Shown here piece after piece: positions 62,502-64,000 of a stretch of 64,000 bases of DNA; positions within the stretch are counted from its first letter, which is position 1; the number at the start of each line of letters is the position of its first letter. The notes under the pieces were generated by a model that saw nothing but the letters and a program-made list of their open reading frames with translations, was not told where the DNA came from and did not search any database. The DNA comes from Longimicrobiales bacterium (lineage in GTDB: Bacteria > Gemmatimonadota > Gemmatimonadetes > Longimicrobiales > Gaopeijiaceae): contig CBDANQ010000059.1 in the NCBI GenBank assembly GCA_965197725.1, positions 32,001-96,000 on the forward strand, in the 5' to 3' direction. A program made the position numbers and the translations under genes.

Positions 62502-64000
62502 ATGCCCAGGAAGACGCCACTGCCGCAGCTCCGCAACATCGGCATCATGGCGCACATCGATGCCGGTAAGACCACGACCACCGAGCGCATCCTGTTCTAC
62601 ACGGGACGCGTGCATCGCGTGGGCGAGGTGCACGATGGTGCTGCGACCATGGACTGGATGGAGCAGGAGCAGGAGCGGGGGATCACGATTACCTCCGCAG
62701 CCACGACGGCTCATTGGCTGCGCAACGATACTGACTACCGAATTAACATTATCGACACTCCCGGTCACGTGGATTTCACGGCCGAGGTCGAACGGTCGCT
62801 GCGCGTTCTCGACGCTGCGGTGGCCGTTTTTTGCGCGGTGGGTGGTGTGGAGCCGCAGTCCGAGACGGTTTGGCGCCAGGCGGACCGTTACACGGTGCCG
62901 CGCATCGCTTTCGTCAACAAGATGGACCGCGTCGGCGCTGACTTCATGAACGTCGTCCGCATGATGAGCGAGCGGCTGGGTGCGAACGCGCATCCGGTGC
63001 AGTACCCGCTCGGCGAGGGTGAGCTCTTTACGGGGGTCGTCGACATCGTCGAGCGGAAGGCGATCATCTACGAAGACGAGATGGGCTCGAAGTTCTCCGA
63101 AGGTCAAGTGCCCGATGGACTCAAGGACCAGGTCGAGGAGCTCCGGCACACACTTCTCGAGGCCGCGATCGAGCACGACGACGAGCTCATCGAGAAGTAC
63201 CTGGCGGGTGAGAAGCTGTCGACCGATGAGTTCCGCCACGCGATCCGCGCGGCGACCATCAAGGGCGTTCTCTTCCCCGTCTTCTGCGGTTCGGCCTTCA
63301 AGAACAAAGGCGTACAAACCCTGCTCGACGGCGTAATCGACTATCTGCCGTCGCCGGTGGACGTCCCTGCCATTCAGGGTCACCTGCCGCACCATGATGA
63401 GACCTTCGAAAGCCGTGAGGCGAGCGACGACGCACCCTTCGCGGCTTTGGCGTTTAAGATCGCGACCGACCCCTACGTCGGTAAGCTGACATTTTTCCGC
63501 GTCTATTCGGGTTCGCTTCCCTCCGGCAGCTACGTGTACAACGCCACGAAAGATCGGCGCGAGCGCGTGGGCCGCATTCTGCAGATGCACGCCAACAAGC
63601 GTGAGGAGCGGGACGAAGTGTTCGCGGGTGACATCGCCGCGGCGATCGGCCTAAAACAGGTGAAGACCGGCGACACTCTGTGCATCGAAACCCACCCGAT
63701 CATCCTAGAGGCGATGAGCTTCCCGGAGCCGGTGATCGCGGTCGCGATCGAGCCGAAAACGAGGGCCGACCAGGACAAGCTCACGAACGGGCTGGTCAAG
63801 CTCGCCGACGAGGATCCGACGTTCCGCGTTTTCACCGATCCGGAGACGAACCAGACGATCATCTCGGGCATGGGTGAGCTCCACCTCGAGATCATCGTTG
63901 ATCGTCTCAAGCGTGAGTTTGGTGTGGAGGCCAACATCGGCCGTCCGCAGGTAGCGTACCGCGAGACGATCCGCAACCGTGCCGAGAAAGTGGAAGGCAG
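62502..64000 (+). CDS. fusA: Elongation factor G (partial, runs off the window end)
   Basis: Manual translation [35 protein letters not shown]...[10 protein letters not shown]...NKMDR...[10 protein letters not shown]. Confidence 0.98.
   Translation, partial: MPRKTPLPQLRNIGIMAHIDAGKTTTTERILFYTGRVHRVGEVHDGAATMDWMEQEQERGITITSAATTAHWLRNDTDYRINIIDTPGHVDFTAEVERSLRVLDAAVAVFCAVGGVEPQSETVWRQADRYTVPRIAFVNKMDRVGADFMNVVRMMSERLGANAHPVQYPLGEGELFTGVVDIVERKAIIYEDEMGSKFSEGQVPDGLKDQVEELRHTLLEAAIEHDDELIEKYLAGEKLSTDEFRHAIRAATIKGVLFPVFCGSAFKNKGVQTLLDGVIDYLPSPVDVPAIQGHLPHHDETFESREASDDAPFAALAFKIATDPYVGKLTFFRVYSGSLPSGSYVYNATKDRRERVGRILQMHANKREERDEVFAGDIAAAIGLKQVKTGDTLCIETHPIILEAMSFPEPVIAVAIEPKTRADQDKLTNGLVKLADEDPTFRVFTDPETNQTIISGMGELHLEIIVDRLKREFGVEANIGRPQVAYRETIRNRAEKVEG

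Overview
GC-rich bacterial chromosomal window. The rpoB insertion and gene repertoire suggest Gemmatimonadota, but this is inference only. In order it holds: a heme biosynthesis operon of the coproporphyrin-dependent type (hemH-A-C-D-B-chdC-hemE-hemY, minus strand); a CotH-like secreted protein and an M48 peptidase; an RnfD-like/FGE-sulfatase gene pair; a five-gene alternative complex III/Qrc-like respiratory module; ilvC/ilvN divergent from ilvB; bioFBAD; gltB; an NHL propeller protein; and a cstA-ArsA-like cluster. A decayed patch follows (frameshifted Wzi, an IS transposase fused in frame to a sulfatase remnant, an IS3-type end). The window ends with the core tRNA-tuf-rpmG-secE-nusG-rplKAJL-rpoBC and rpsL-rpsG-fusA loci. 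The most interesting feature is a tightly packed, mostly stop/start-overlapping six-gene cassette between rpoC and rpsL (57.1-61.2 kb). It encodes a GT2 glycosyltransferase, an HPr-kinase-like kinase, a nucleotidyltransferase, a PqqD/RRE protein, a PRMT-like methyltransferase and an 89-aa peptide with a Tat-like/YxxP leader and a 30-residue pure Met/Gly core. It looks like an uncharacterised RiPP-type peptide-modification system with no lasso cyclase or radical SAM enzyme. Many small gene remnants lie in the intergenic regions. All family calls come from motif recognition by eye; no searches were run.
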